Source of the DNA: an uncultured Verrucomicrobiae bacterium
Lineage (GTDB): Bacteria > Verrucomicrobiota > Verrucomicrobiia > Chthoniobacterales > Chthoniobacteraceae
Assembly (NCBI GenBank): GCA_963769025.1
Contig: CAVYKI010000002.1
Location: 352,001-416,000 of the forward strand
Reading direction: 5' to 3'
DNA length: 64,000 nt
Under the pieces are notes generated by a model, which saw nothing but the letters and a program-made list of their open reading frames with translations, did no database searches and was not told the origin of the DNA. Position 1 is the stretch's first letter, and each line of letters begins with the position of its first letter. Both the position numbers and the translations under genes were made by a program. Positions 10,377 to 23,804 of this stretch are shown here, one piece after another.

Positions 10377-11048
10377 ATGAGTACGATGTTCAGCGTCGGT
10401 GCCGAGCCCTACGAGTTCACTTTCGAACCCGCGAAGTGCGCCCTCGTGATCATCGACATGCAGCGCGACTTCCTGGAGCCCGGCGGCTTCGGCGAGATGC
10501 TCAGGAACGACGTGTCGCAGCTTCGCCGCACCATCGAGCCGAATCGCCGCCTGCTCGACGCCTGGCGGGACAGCGGCCTCCAGGTCATCCACACCCGCGA
10601 GGGGCACCGGCCCGATCTCACGGATTTGCCGCCTGCCAAAAAGGTGCGCGGGCGCAGCCCCACGACCATCGGCGACACCGGGCCGATGGGCCGCATCCTG
10701 ATCCGCGGCGAGGTGGGCTACGACATCATCCCGGAGCTTTACCCGCTCCCTCACGAACCGGTGATCGACAAGCCGGGCAAGGGCGCGTTTTTCGCCACGG
10801 ACCTCCACGCGATCCTGCAAAATCGCGGCATCACGCAGCTCGTCGTCACGGGCGTCACCACCGAGGTCTGCGTGAACACCACCGTGCGCGAGGCGAACGA
10901 CCGCGGCTACGAGTGCCTGATGCTCCCCGACTGCACCGGCGCGACTGATCACGGCAACCACCTTGCCGCGATCAAGATGATCAAGATGCAGGGCGGAGTC
11001 TTTGGCGCGGTGGCGGATTCCGCGGCGTTCATCAAAGCGATCTCCTGA
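10377..11048 (+). CDS. Cysteine hydrolase of the triuret/biuret hydrolase group (isochorismatase fold)
   Basis: IDMQRDF, HTREGHRPDL, DKPGKGAF, GVTTEVCV, REANDRGYE, KMQGGVFG. Confidence 0.9.
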   Translation: MSTMFSVGAEPYEFTFEPAKCALVIIDMQRDFLEPGGFGEMLRNDVSQLRRTIEPNRRLLDAWRDSGLQVIHTREGHRPDLTDLPPAKKVRGRSPTTIGDTGPMGRILIRGEVGYDIIPELYPLPHEPVIDKPGKGAFFATDLHAILQNRGITQLVVTGVTTEVCVNTTVREANDRGYECLMLPDCTGATDHGNHLAAIKMIKMQGGVFGAVADSAAFIKAIS

Positions 11049-11126
11049 ACCGTGCGCTGCGCCAGTGCGCGAAGGGAGCTTCCCCAAACAGGCATCCGCG
11101 CCCATGGTCTGTCCGAATTCATCTTT

Positions 11127-11525
11127 GTGGAACCCATTGCAGCCCCCCAATACCCGCGCATCGAAATCGCCGATATCTTTCGCGTCGCGACCCATCCTGA
11201 AGAAATCCCGTGGCGGCCGTTCCAGGACGGAGTGGAGATCCACCGGCTCTACGGCGATGGCATCATGGGCCCCACGGCCGCGCTCATCCGCTTTCGGAAG
11301 GATGGCGTGGTCCCTTTCCACGAACACACCGGCTATGAGCACATCATCGTCCTCGCCGGCACGCAGCGGGATCAAAATGGCACCGCAGCCGCAGGAAGGT
11401 TGATCGTCAATCCGCCCGGCACCCGGCACAGCGTGGTGAGCGAGGCCGGCTGCATCGTCCTCGCGATCTACGAAAAGCCCGTGAAGTTCCTGCAGCAGGG
11501 CGATCCGGATTTCCCGAAGGCGTGA
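11127..11525 (+). CDS. ChrR-like cupin domain protein
   Basis: PFHEHTGYEHIIVLAG...NPPGTRHSV; GTG start inferred. Confidence 0.8.
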   Translation: MEPIAAPQYPRIEIADIFRVATHPEEIPWRPFQDGVEIHRLYGDGIMGPTAALIRFRKDGVVPFHEHTGYEHIIVLAGTQRDQNGTAAAGRLIVNPPGTRHSVVSEAGCIVLAIYEKPVKFLQQGDPDFPKA

Positions 11526-11619
11526 CGCTCCGGGCGGCGATTGCCCGAGCCGCGAATCGGGACGCCGACTGAGGGCAATGCGCTTGACGCTCACGCCCGT
11601 GTGGCGACGATGAGGGGAC

Positions 11620-12321
11620 ATGCGATTTCAGACACTTTATGAAGGGCGGCATTTTCTCCTGCCCTCGCTGCTCGTGACGATTTTCGGCGGATGGCTCGCG
11701 GCGGACTGGCTCGGGTGGCTGTGGATCGCGATCCCCGCGGCGCTCATTTTCATCTTCTGCGTTAATTTTTTCCGCGACCCGGATCGCGCGGCGCCGGGAG
11801 GCACCGACCTCGTGGTCTCACCCGCCGACGGCGTCGTGGATGCCGTGGAAATCGCGGACGAAAAGGAAGTCCTCGGCCGTCCGTGCCGGCGCGTGAGCAT
11901 TTTCCTGAATGTCTTCGACGTGCACGTGAACCGCGCGCCCATCGCGGGCCGCATCACCTACACGAAGCACCACCCCGGCACGTATCTCGACGCGCGCGAC
12001 CCGTACTGCCACCAGAAAAACGAGGCGCTCACGTGGGCCTTCGCGGGAGAACGCGCGACGCTCGTCGTGAGGCAGATCACCGGGGCCATCGCGCGCCGCA
12101 TCGTGCCTTGGAGCAAGCTCGGCGCGACCGTGGAAAAAGGTCACCGTTTCGGGATGATCCGCTTCGGCTCGCGCACGGATGTCTATCTGCCGCTTGACGC
12201 GGAGATCCTCGTGAAAATCGGCGACCGCGTGGAAGGCTGCTCCAGCCCGCTCGCGCGCCTCACCGCGCCGGACCCGGGTTACGTCGCGAACGCGGCGCTG
12301 CCTGCTTCCATTTTGATCTGA
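11620..12321 (+). CDS. psd: Phosphatidylserine decarboxylase proenzyme
   Basis: FFRDPDR, SPADG, IFLNVFDVHVNRAP, GMIRFGSRTD cleavage motif. Confidence 0.95.
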   Translation: MRFQTLYEGRHFLLPSLLVTIFGGWLAADWLGWLWIAIPAALIFIFCVNFFRDPDRAAPGGTDLVVSPADGVVDAVEIADEKEVLGRPCRRVSIFLNVFDVHVNRAPIAGRITYTKHHPGTYLDARDPYCHQKNEALTWAFAGERATLVVRQITGAIARRIVPWSKLGATVEKGHRFGMIRFGSRTDVYLPLDAEILVKIGDRVEGCSSPLARLTAPDPGYVANAALPASILI

Positions 12322-12333
12322 CGCCCACCCTCG

Positions 12334-13233
12334 ATGCCCGAGACCCGACCATCCAGCGCGCCGAAGAAGGAGGCCGACGACGGCTCTCCGAAAATCTACC
12401 TCCTCCCGAACCTGATGACGGCGGGGAATCTTTTCTGCGGATTCCTCGCCACGCTGAAAATCCTCAGCGGCACGCTCGCCGTGACCACCGCGCAGCTCTC
12501 CGCGCAGGCCGCCGGACAGTCGATGGACGGGATGCGCGCGCTCGACGCCGGCACGCACGATTTCAAGTTCGCGATCTGGTGCATCCTCGCCGCCTGCATT
12601 TTCGATCTGCTCGACGGACGCCTTGCGCGCCTCGGCGGGACGGACAGCGCATTTGGCCGCGAGTTCGATTCGCTCGCCGACATCGTGAGCTTCGGCGTCG
12701 CGCCTGCGCTGATGGTCAGCCGCGTCGTGCTGCGTGATTTCGAAAAACTCGGCTGGCTCGTCGCGTCGCTTTACCTCATCTGCGGCGCGCTGCGACTGGC
12801 GCGGTTCAACTGCATCGCCGCATCCGGCGTGCCAGGCGCGAGCAAGGACTTCAAGGGCTTCCCCATTCCCGCCGCAGCGGGCCTCGTCGCGAGCATCACG
12901 CTTTTCATGCTGTGGCTGAACAACGACCGCTTCGAGCACGGCCTCACGAAATGGGTGCTCCCGCCGCTGCTCGTGTTCCTGTCGTGGATGATGTTCAGCG
13001 GGTTCCGGTATCCGAGCTTCAAGGCGATCAACTGGCGCACGACGCGCAGCGTGCCGAAGTTCATCGCCATCGTCGGCATCATCAGCCTCACGGTGATGTA
13101 CTACCAGTGGATGCCCGCGGTCATCTTCATCACGTACCTGCTCTACGGGTTTCTTCGCCCGTTCCTCTCGCGGAGGATCAAGGAGGAGATCGAGGATGAA
13201 ATCGAGGACGACGATGAGCCCGCGAGCCCGTGA
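12334..13233 (+). CDS. pssA: CDP-diacylglycerol--serine O-phosphatidyltransferase
   Basis: LLPNLMT, DLLDGRLAR...FGREFDSLADIVSFGVAPA, LRLARFN; adjacent to psd. Confidence 0.95.
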   Translation: MPETRPSSAPKKEADDGSPKIYLLPNLMTAGNLFCGFLATLKILSGTLAVTTAQLSAQAAGQSMDGMRALDAGTHDFKFAIWCILAACIFDLLDGRLARLGGTDSAFGREFDSLADIVSFGVAPALMVSRVVLRDFEKLGWLVASLYLICGALRLARFNCIAASGVPGASKDFKGFPIPAAAGLVASITLFMLWLNNDRFEHGLTKWVLPPLLVFLSWMMFSGFRYPSFKAINWRTTRSVPKFIAIVGIISLTVMYYQWMPAVIFITYLLYGFLRPFLSRRIKEEIEDEIEDDDEPASP

Positions 13234-13291
13234 TGGAGATGGCCGCGGAGTCCTGACCGACGCGGCCTTTTCGCCGGCCTGCTAAACGCGT

Positions 13292-13321
13292 GCGCCCCCG
13301 GCATTGGAATGCTGGGGGCGC
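13292..13321. terminator. Hairpin between convergent genes (possible bidirectional terminator)
   Basis: GCGCCCCCGGCATT-GG-AATGCTGGGGGCGC inverted repeat. Confidence 0.5.
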
Positions 13322-13365
13322 GTTCGGTTCGGCATTTCCGCCATGCGGCGGCAGTGAATCGTCGG

Positions 13366-13683
13366 CTACTTCTTGAACTCGAATTTCGAGATTTCGATCG
13401 TCTTCGTGCCGTCCAGCTTCTGGCCGGCGTCGCCCCAGACGGTCACCGCCTTGGTCTCCTTGCAGATGTTCGAGTGCAGGGCCTTGTCCTGATCCTTGTC
13501 GCTGCCGGCTTTCACCCAGTAAACGAGTTCCTTGCCGCTCGCATCCTTGGTGACGATTACGGTGTGGCAGTTTTCGCTCTTGCCGAGCGCGCACTTGCCG
13601 CATTTGGCGTCGCCTTCGATCTTCACATCCTCTGCGAAGGCAAAGGTCGAGAGGCTGAGCGCGATGATGGTGATGAGTTTCAT
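13366..13683 (-). CDS. Small exported Cys-containing protein (DUF6370-like)
   Basis: Signal peptide [17 protein letters not shown], then GDAKCGKC-x7-C...HSNIC; 105 aa. Confidence 0.7.
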   Translation of the reverse strand: MKLITIIALSLSTFAFAEDVKIEGDAKCGKCALGKSENCHTVIVTKDASGKELVYWVKAGSDKDQDKALHSNICKETKAVTVWGDAGQKLDGTKTIEISKFEFKK

Positions 13684-13898
13684 GGTTGGTCGTGTTTGGT
13701 TTGAGTTGGGATGCCGGCGTCGGCATGTCGCCGACTCCGGAACATTGATCGAATCGTCCGTGCGTCCGCGGGTGGACTTGTCGCGCGCGATTTTTTTTGC
13801 CGGGCCTCGAATGCCCCGCAAGGGGACGTCCGATCGGACGAATCCCGTACGTGCAACTCTGTCAAAGGTAAGCCCGGCAGCCCGCCGGGCGGTCGGGC

Positions 13899-16821
<2,923 letters not shown>

Positions 16822-16944
16822 GGCGCGCGGAGGCTAGACGTGCGGTCTGCCGGTGCAAAAGGAAATTGCTCTCGCAATCACCGGCGGGTATCCGCCAATT
16901 TGGGTGGAGCGCACGGACCTGCTCCGGACGATTTTTCAAACGCC

Positions 16945-17757
16945 ATGAATCTACCAGCCATCCTTTCCACTGTGGTCCTGGCGGCCGCCGCCTCCGGCGC
17001 TCCGCTGTCGCCTCCGCTGCAACAGCTCGACATGGAAAAGCTGCCCTCGCAGGCCAAAATGATCGATCGCGTGGTGGTGCCGGTGCCGAACGAAGTCTTT
17101 GCCGTTCTCGACAAGCTGGGGAAACCGCGCTGGGCGGGGCTCATCCACCGGGACACGAGCAAGGCGAAGCCTTACGGCGAAGCACCGCAGGTCGCGATGA
17201 TGCTCGGGGTGATCATCGCGGAGGGCTTCATCGCAGTGGAGGCGGAGGACGCGGAGGAGGTGAAGGAACTCGGGCGTGCAATCCTGACCTTTTCGAACGC
17301 AATCGGCGTCCGGAAGGCCGTCGTGCGCAGGGCCAACAGCGTGATCGAATTTGCCGACAAAAAGCGCTGGAACCGCGTGCGCTCCGAACTTGATGGCGCG
17401 CTCGCAGACGTGCGGACGGCGATGATCGAACTCGACAGCGAACCCCTCGCGCACCTCGTGAGCCTCGGCGGCTGGCTGCGAGGCACGGAGGTCCTGGCGC
17501 AGGTGGTCGGCATGGATTTCAGCCAGAAAGGCGCCGAGCTGCTTTATCAGCCGGGTCTCGTCCAGCATTTCGAGGGGCAGATGGACGGCATGAAGTCGCG
17601 CATCCGCTCGAACCGTGTCGTCGCGAAGGCCCGCCAGGGTCTGACAAAAATCGGTCCGCTCATCGGCGACGGTGACGGCAGCAGGATTTCGGCAAAGACC
17701 GTGAAAGAGATCGCCGGGCTCACGGGCGGGCTCGTGGCACTCATCAGCAACAAATGA
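16945..17757 (+). CDS. Exported hypothetical helical protein
   Basis: Signal peptide; 270-aa ORF; ATGA overlap with the next gene. Confidence 0.7.
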   Translation: MNLPAILSTVVLAAAASGAPLSPPLQQLDMEKLPSQAKMIDRVVVPVPNEVFAVLDKLGKPRWAGLIHRDTSKAKPYGEAPQVAMMLGVIIAEGFIAVEAEDAEEVKELGRAILTFSNAIGVRKAVVRRANSVIEFADKKRWNRVRSELDGALADVRTAMIELDSEPLAHLVSLGGWLRGTEVLAQVVGMDFSQKGAELLYQPGLVQHFEGQMDGMKSRIRSNRVVAKARQGLTKIGPLIGDGDGSRISAKTVKEIAGLTGGLVALISNK

Positions 17758-18197
17758 AACTGACCGTGAAAACATTCTTCCGCTCCCTTTTGATCCTCGT
17801 CGCGGCAATCACGCTGCCGGTGGCATTTGCCTATGTGGACGACGCGCACTCCCGCGCGATGGAGGCCGCCGCCGCCGCGGTGAAGGACGGCTACCTGGTC
17901 CGCCAGGAATATTGGGCCGGCTCGATGGCCGTCCGGCAGCCGAGCGTCATCAAGCACCAGCTCTTCAAGGGCAACAGCTACTGGTTCTGGGTCGGCAGCG
18001 ATGAGGATTCCGCGCAGGTGACCGTTCACGTGTACGATTCGGCTGGAAAAATCGTCGATGCGGAATCGTGGCAGCGGGGAAACATGGCTGCGGTGCGCGT
18101 GGCGCCGAAGAAGACAGGCACCTATCTCATCGTGTTCAGCATCGAGCAGTCCAAGGCGAAGAAGACCCGCTGGGCGCTCGCTTATGGGTACAAGTGA
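17754..18197 (+). CDS. Exported hypothetical protein (PPC-like beta-sandwich)
   Basis: Signal peptide; pattern LFKGNSYWF...VHVYDSAG...APKKTGTY resembles pre-peptidase C-terminal domains. Confidence 0.65.
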   Translation: MKLTVKTFFRSLLILVAAITLPVAFAYVDDAHSRAMEAAAAAVKDGYLVRQEYWAGSMAVRQPSVIKHQLFKGNSYWFWVGSDEDSAQVTVHVYDSAGKIVDAESWQRGNMAAVRVAPKKTGTYLIVFSIEQSKAKKTRWALAYGYK

Positions 18198-20118
18198 GTC
18201 TGGGAAGAAGGCGCTCGCCGACGCCGCGGAATTCAACGGCTGGAAGCCGATGGCAATCCGGTCCGCGGTGTGCCTCGTGTGCACCGTCGTCGGGCTGCTG
18301 ATCCGGGCGCGGCACCCCGGCGCGTCGCATTTTTGGATTGCGGGCGCGTACCTCTTTGGAGGCTGGGACCTCACGGCGAAAGTCTGGAAGGGCGTGTGGC
18401 AGCGCGAATTCGGGACGGATTTCCTGATGTGGCTGGTTGCGTTCGGCGCGGTCTTCATCGGCGAGCAGGCCGAGGCAGCCGTGCTGCTGGTCCTTTTTTC
18501 CGCGTCCGGCGCGATGGAGCGGTTTGCCTACGGCAGGACGCAGCGCGAGATCAGCGGGCTGTTGAAAAACGCGCCGAAGCTCGCTCGCCTCGTCGAGAAT
18601 GGCGTCGGAGCGCGAGGTGCCGGTCGATCGGAACTCCGGCCGGAACAGACCGTGCGCGTGACCGCGAACGAACAGGTGCCCGTGGACATCCGCGTCGAGA
18701 AAGGCGAGAGCGCGTGCGACGAGGCGATGCTCACCGGCGAGGCCGAGCCGATTTCGAAGGGCGTCGGCGACACGTGCATCGCCGGCACGCTGAATCTCTG
18801 GGGCGTGATCGAGGGTCGCGTGCTCCGCGCCGCGGAAGACAGCGCGCTGCAGCGGATCATCCGTCTCATCGAGAGCGCGCAGGAGCTGAAGGCCCCGGTG
18901 CAGCGGTTCACGGATCGCTTCGGCACGCGCTACACGGCGTTCGTGCTCACTTTATGCGCCGCGGTCTTCTTCATGTGGTGGCTCGTGTTCCATCTGCCGC
19001 CGTTCATCCCGGATGCCGGGCACGCGAGCGCATTTTACCGCGCGATGACGCTGCTCGTGGTGATGTCCCCGTGCGCGCTCGTGCTCTCGGTGCCCTCGGC
19101 GATTCTTTCCGCCATCGCATTTGGCGCGCGGAACGGCGTGCTCTTCCGCGGCGGCGCGGCCATCGAAAATCTCGCCAGCGTCACCACCGTCGCGATGGAC
19201 AAGACGGGCACGCTCACGCGCGGAAAACTCGAACTCACCGGCATCGAGGTCCTCCGCGGCTCGGAGGAGGAAGGCTTCCTCGCCGCCGCAAATCTTGCGC
19301 GCCTTTCCAATCACCCGATGTCCCGCTCCATCGCGAGGGAGGCGGACCGGCGCCGGCTGGCCGTGGAGCATCCGACCGAGTCGGAGACCGTTTCGGGGCA
19401 GGGGATTCGCGGAATGTGGCGGGGCGAGATGGCGATCCTCGGCCACCGTGACTTGGTGGCATCGGTGCACCCCGGCGTCGAACTTCCGCCGCAGGCGGCG
19501 CAGGCGAGCGAGGTGTGGTTTGCATCGCCGACCCTGCTCGGGCGGCTGCTGCTCCGCGACCAATTGCGCCCGCAGGCCCCGGCGCTCGTCATGAAGCTTC
19601 ACGACGCGGGCCTCAGGACCGTGATGCTCACCGGCGACAAGTCCGGCGCTGCCGAGGAAATGGGGCGCATGGCCGGCGTGGGGACCATCCTCGGACAGCT
19701 CACTCCCTCGCAGAAAGTCGAGGCCATCGAACGGCTCAAGAAATCCGGCGAGACGGTCGCGATGATCGGCGACGGCGTGAACGACGCGCCGTGCCTCGCC
19801 GCCGCGGACGTCGGTGTCGCGATGGGCGCGCGCGGTTCCGATGCAGCGATCGAGCAGGCAGAAGTCGTGCTGATGAACGACCGGCTCGAGAATTTCCTGC
19901 TTGCGCTCGACCTGAGCATCCGCGCCCGCCGCATCATCCGGCAAAATCTCACCATCGCGCTGGGCGTCATCGTCGGGATGTCGCTCACCGCGCTTTTTGC
20001 CAAGGGACTGCCGCTCGCCGTCGGCGTGATGATGCACGAGGGCAGCACGGTGGTCGTCGTGCTCAACAGCCTCCGGCTGCTCTTCGCTCCGAGCGGTGTC
20101 CAGGCGCGGAAGGCCTGA
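18194..20118 (+). CDS. P1B-4 heavy-metal P-type ATPase (Co/Fe/Zn type)
   Basis: LTGEA, SPC in TM4, DKTGTLT, HP, MLTGD, GDGVNDAP, HEGST in TM6; start uncertain (possible 5' frameshift). Confidence 0.9.
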
Positions 20119-20124
20119 GCGGGC

Positions 20125-20823
20125 TCAGCCCTTTTTGCGCTCCGACTCCACCCAGCACACGGCGCGGTGCAGGAGTTCCGACGCGGTCTTCACGCCGAGC
20201 TTTTCCTTTATGTGCCCGCGATGGACCGCGACGGTCTTTGGGCTGATGTGCAGGCGATCCGCGATTTCCTTCGTCGCGAGACCTTCGCCGAGCAGGCGGA
20301 AGACCTCGAACTCACGGTCGCTCAACCCATGCAGATGCGCGTTGATCCCCGGCGTCTTCACGCCGGAAAAATTGTCGAGGATCTGCGCGTTCATCCGCTC
20401 GCTGACGTAAACGCCGCCGGCGAGCACCTGCCGGATCGCCAGGAGCATTTTCTCCGAGCCGGCTTCCTTCATCAGGAAACCTCGCGCGCCCGAGCGCAGC
20501 GCGCGCGCGGCGAAGAGCAGCTCGTCGTGCATCGAGACGACGAGCACGCGCTGCTCCGGCCGGATGGCGAGGATGTCGCGGATGAATTCGAGTCCGTCCC
20601 GTCCCGGCAGCGTGAGGTCGGTAATGACGAGATCCGGCTTTGCTCCCGGGACGTGCTCGATTGCAGCCTCCGCGGAGGTGGCTGAGCCGCAGACTTCGAG
20701 GTCGGGTTGTGCGTTCAGGAGAAGCTGAAATCCCGTGAGCACAATGGGGTGATCGTCCACGAGGAAGATGCGCTGCTTGTGCGCCGGCGCGCTCTTGGTG
20801 GCCTGGAGCTTCGCACTCTTCAT
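20125..20823 (-). CDS. NarL/LuxR-family response regulator
   Basis: LVDDHPIV receiver domain plus [13 protein letters not shown]...[16 protein letters not shown]. Confidence 0.93.
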   Translation of the reverse strand: MKSAKLQATKSAPAHKQRIFLVDDHPIVLTGFQLLLNAQPDLEVCGSATSAEAAIEHVPGAKPDLVITDLTLPGRDGLEFIRDILAIRPEQRVLVVSMHDELLFAARALRSGARGFLMKEAGSEKMLLAIRQVLAGGVYVSERMNAQILDNFSGVKTPGINAHLHGLSDREFEVFRLLGEGLATKEIADRLHISPKTVAVHRGHIKEKLGVKTASELLHRAVCWVESERKKG

Positions 20824-21932
20824 GGCTGGTAAAAGAGCGTGCAGCGAAAGCGGACGCCGTCGCCGGGGATGGATTTCATGTCGAGGTTCGCGCCGATGAG
20901 CCGCGCGCGGTATTGCATCGTCGAAAGTCCGAGCCCGCGCTTTTCCGCCAAGTCCGGCGGCAGTCCCTTTCCGTTGTCCTCGACGATCAGCTCCATCCGC
21001 GCCCCCGAGCGGGCGAGGCCGATGCGGATGTGCGTCGCTCCCGAATGCCGGATGGCGTTGCCGACGGCTTCCTGCGCGATGCGGTAGAGCTGCGTGGCGA
21101 CGTTGAGGTCGGCGAGGTGCACCGGTTCCGGACACGCAAACTCGCAGGCCATCTTGCCGGATGTGCGCGTGAGTTCGGCGAGTTCCCTCAGCGCATTCAT
21201 CAGTCCGTCTGCGGTAAGGGAAACCGGGCAGAGGCCGTGCGAAAGCTGGCGGGTCTGCGTGATGATTTGGCGGATGTTCCTGGAGATTTCGTTCGCGAGG
21301 GGCTCGAGCCCGGGTGCCTGCTCGCGAAGCTGCCCGACGAGCGTGTGGTTCATCATCTCGAGCGCGGTGAGGTGCTGGCCAAGCCCGTCGTGAAGGTCGC
21401 GCCCGATGCGGCGCTGCTCGCGCTCGGTCGAATCGATGAGCTGCCTTTCGAGCCGCGCGCGGTCCGCCGCCTCGTGCATGCGGGCGGTGATGTCCGTGCG
21501 GATGGCGACATACTGCACCGGCTTTCCCTCGGTGTTCACAAATGGAAAAATCGTGGTGTCCACCCAGTAGTGCGTGCCGTCCTTCGCGCGGTTGCGGAGC
21601 TCCCCGCGCCAGACTTTCCCCTGCGTGATCGTGCCCCACATGCGGCGAAAAAACTCCTTCGGGTGGTGGCCGGAATTGATGATCCGGTGGTCCTTTCCCA
21701 GCAGCTCCTCGCGCGGGTATTTGGAGATCTCCACGAACTTGTCGTTCACGTAGGTGATTTTGCCCTTCGCGTCCGTGATCGCGACGATCGAGTGGGAATC
21801 CAGCGCCGCCTCCAGGTCGCGCACGTGCTGCTCGACGATGGCCATCTCCTCGCGGTGCCGCTGCCGCTCCGCGACGTCACCGGGCGTCGTGGTCGGCAGT
21901 TTCGATGGGGCGCTCGTCGGGCATCCCGCCAC
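20820..21932 (-). CDS. Cytoplasmic PAS sensor histidine kinase (HisKA_3)
   Basis: PAS/PAC ([27 protein letters not shown]), [27 protein letters not shown]; start uncertain. Confidence 0.9.
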   Translation of the reverse strand: MAGCPTSAPSKLPTTTPGDVAERQRHREEMAIVEQHVRDLEAALDSHSIVAITDAKGKITYVNDKFVEISKYPREELLGKDHRIINSGHHPKEFFRRMWGTITQGKVWRGELRNRAKDGTHYWVDTTIFPFVNTEGKPVQYVAIRTDITARMHEAADRARLERQLIDSTEREQRRIGRDLHDGLGQHLTALEMMNHTLVGQLREQAPGLEPLANEISRNIRQIITQTRQLSHGLCPVSLTADGLMNALRELAELTRTSGKMACEFACPEPVHLADLNVATQLYRIAQEAVGNAIRHSGATHIRIGLARSGARMELIVEDNGKGLPPDLAEKRGLGLSTMQYRARLIGANLDMKSIPGDGVRFRCTLFYQP

Positions 21933-22024
21933 CTTATAGGCGGAAACTTCCCGGCAGACAACCGTCTCCGCATGGCGAGCTGCGACTGGATGAGCATCGT
22001 TCGCGAACCTTCCTCCGGAGCGCC

Positions 22025-22915
22025 TCAGGCCGCGAGGGGCATGGCGATGGAATCCCGATACGCGGTCGGCGCCTGCCCGGCCATTTTCCGGAAGATACGG
22101 TTGAAATGCGTCAGCGACTGGAAGCCCACTTCGTATGCGATTTCGCTGATGCGCAGGTTGGGGTTCGCGAGCAGTTCCTTCGCGCGGTCCACGCGCAGGC
22201 GGGAGACGTATTCCGTGAAGTTCATCCCGGTGTGCCGCTTGAAGAGCTTGCAGATGTAGAAGGTGCTCGTGCAGGCCGCCTTTGCGACATCGGAGAGCGT
22301 CATGTCGTTCTGCAGGTTCTGCCGGATGTAGTCCTTTGCCCGGATAATCGCGATGGGTTCGGCATTGGCGCGGCGGACGGCGAGCTGGTTGACCTTCATC
22401 GAGAGATGATCCGCGAAAATCGAGAGCAGCCGGGTGGCCGAGTTCAGCTGCGAGCGCGGCATCACGCGCGTGGCCATGAAGGCCTTGTGCGCCTCCGAGC
22501 GGTTCACCTTCACCCCCATCCGCTTGATCGTGCGCATGACCTTTTTAAACTGCCCCTCGCTGGGTGTCTGCGTGAAGACCTGTCCGGTCGCGAGCACGCC
22601 GAGTGTGGATTCCCCGAGCTTCACCGGCACCGCGGCCTCGGTGAGGCCGAAGTGGCACTTCGCCACCGCCGATCCTTCCGTCGCCGCCTCATTCATGCGC
22701 TCCTGCATGCGGAGGCATGCGGCGCATGTGGCGTTCTGCCCGGCCATCAGCGCGCAAAAGCTGTTTTCGCGCGGCTTGCCGCGAAACGTGGGCTGCCATG
22801 TCTCCGTGGCGCGCAGCGCGAGCGGCAGCCCGGTGGCTTCGCTGAAGGCGCGTTCGTAATCGCGGTAGATGTCCGATTCGGTCAGGGCGTCGAGGAGTGC
22901 GGTTTGGTCGTTCAT
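22025..22915 (-). CDS. AraC-family regulator with PocR sensory domain
   Basis: FSEATGLP...FC...C..C...CHFGL PocR domain; C-terminal [20 protein letters not shown]. Confidence 0.9.
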   Translation of the reverse strand: MNDQTALLDALTESDIYRDYERAFSEATGLPLALRATETWQPTFRGKPRENSFCALMAGQNATCAACLRMQERMNEAATEGSAVAKCHFGLTEAAVPVKLGESTLGVLATGQVFTQTPSEGQFKKVMRTIKRMGVKVNRSEAHKAFMATRVMPRSQLNSATRLLSIFADHLSMKVNQLAVRRANAEPIAIIRAKDYIRQNLQNDMTLSDVAKAACTSTFYICKLFKRHTGMNFTEYVSRLRVDRAKELLANPNLRISEIAYEVGFQSLTHFNRIFRKMAGQAPTAYRDSIAMPLAA

Positions 22916-23064
22916 GGTGTGCTTGGTTTTCGCGCACCATGGTGGCCGCACGCCGCCGCCGTGCCTATTGGGCTTGGGTTCCACACGTCCGCGGCCCCAC
23001 GGTCCTACCCGCATAGGACGAATGCCTATGCCTCCCGCTTTGCCCTGCAGCGGTGCATCCCGGC

Positions 23065-23622
23065 CTACAGAAAGTCCCGCTCCTCGGGCCGCACGCTCAG
23101 CACGGGGCAGGGGGCATGGCGCACGATTTTCTCCGCCACGCTGCCGAGCAGCACGTGCTTCAGGCCCGTGTAGCCGTGCGTCGCGAGGATGATCATGTCC
23201 GTCTGCTGCTCGCGTGCAATTTCGATCACCTCCTGCCAGGCGCGTCCGAGGCGGACGACATGATGCGTCTTCACTCCCGAGCCCGCGTCCAGCGAGCGCA
23301 GCCGGTCGATCATCTGCTCGCGCTTCTCCGCGGCAAAGTCCGTCACGGCCAGCGGCGGATACATCCAGTCACCGGGATACACCATCTGCTCGACGATGTG
23401 CACGAGCGTCACCTCCGCCTCGAATTGCAAGGCGAACGCCAGCGCGTACCGCAGCGCCTTCTGCGAATGCTCGGAAAAATCAACAGGCACGAGGATCTTG
23501 TTGATATGGAACTGCAGCGGCGACATGGCCGCAGCCGGGGCCGAGGCGGTCTTGCGGCCCGACTTGTCGGTCACGACGAGTTTCGCCGCGATCGTGGGAG
23601 AGCTGGATTTGGTAGGTTTCAT
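23065..23622 (-). CDS. Universal stress protein
   Basis: ILVPVDFSEHS...ATHGYTGLKHVLLGSVAEKIVRHAPCPVL. Confidence 0.93.
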   Translation of the reverse strand: MKPTKSSSPTIAAKLVVTDKSGRKTASAPAAAMSPLQFHINKILVPVDFSEHSQKALRYALAFALQFEAEVTLVHIVEQMVYPGDWMYPPLAVTDFAAEKREQMIDRLRSLDAGSGVKTHHVVRLGRAWQEVIEIAREQQTDMIILATHGYTGLKHVLLGSVAEKIVRHAPCPVLSVRPEERDFL

Positions 23623-23804
23623 GGCTTGGGGTTTTGGAGATTGGGGTGCCCTGGGCGGTTGTCCTGTCATGAATAAACCATCACTGCTCCGTCTTGGCGA
23701 GTCTCCGCAACGATTGGCTGGAACACGCCGTTTCTTGCCATCCGGTCGCGCCCAGCATCTCCGTGACTTCCGGCGTTCCCCGTGCGAAATCACCGCCCGT
23801 CTCC

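Noticed and set aside
16822..16944. Glycine riboswitch upstream of gcvP
   Set aside because: No GGAGA/CCGAAG/CTCTCAGG aptamer elements found on the minus strand
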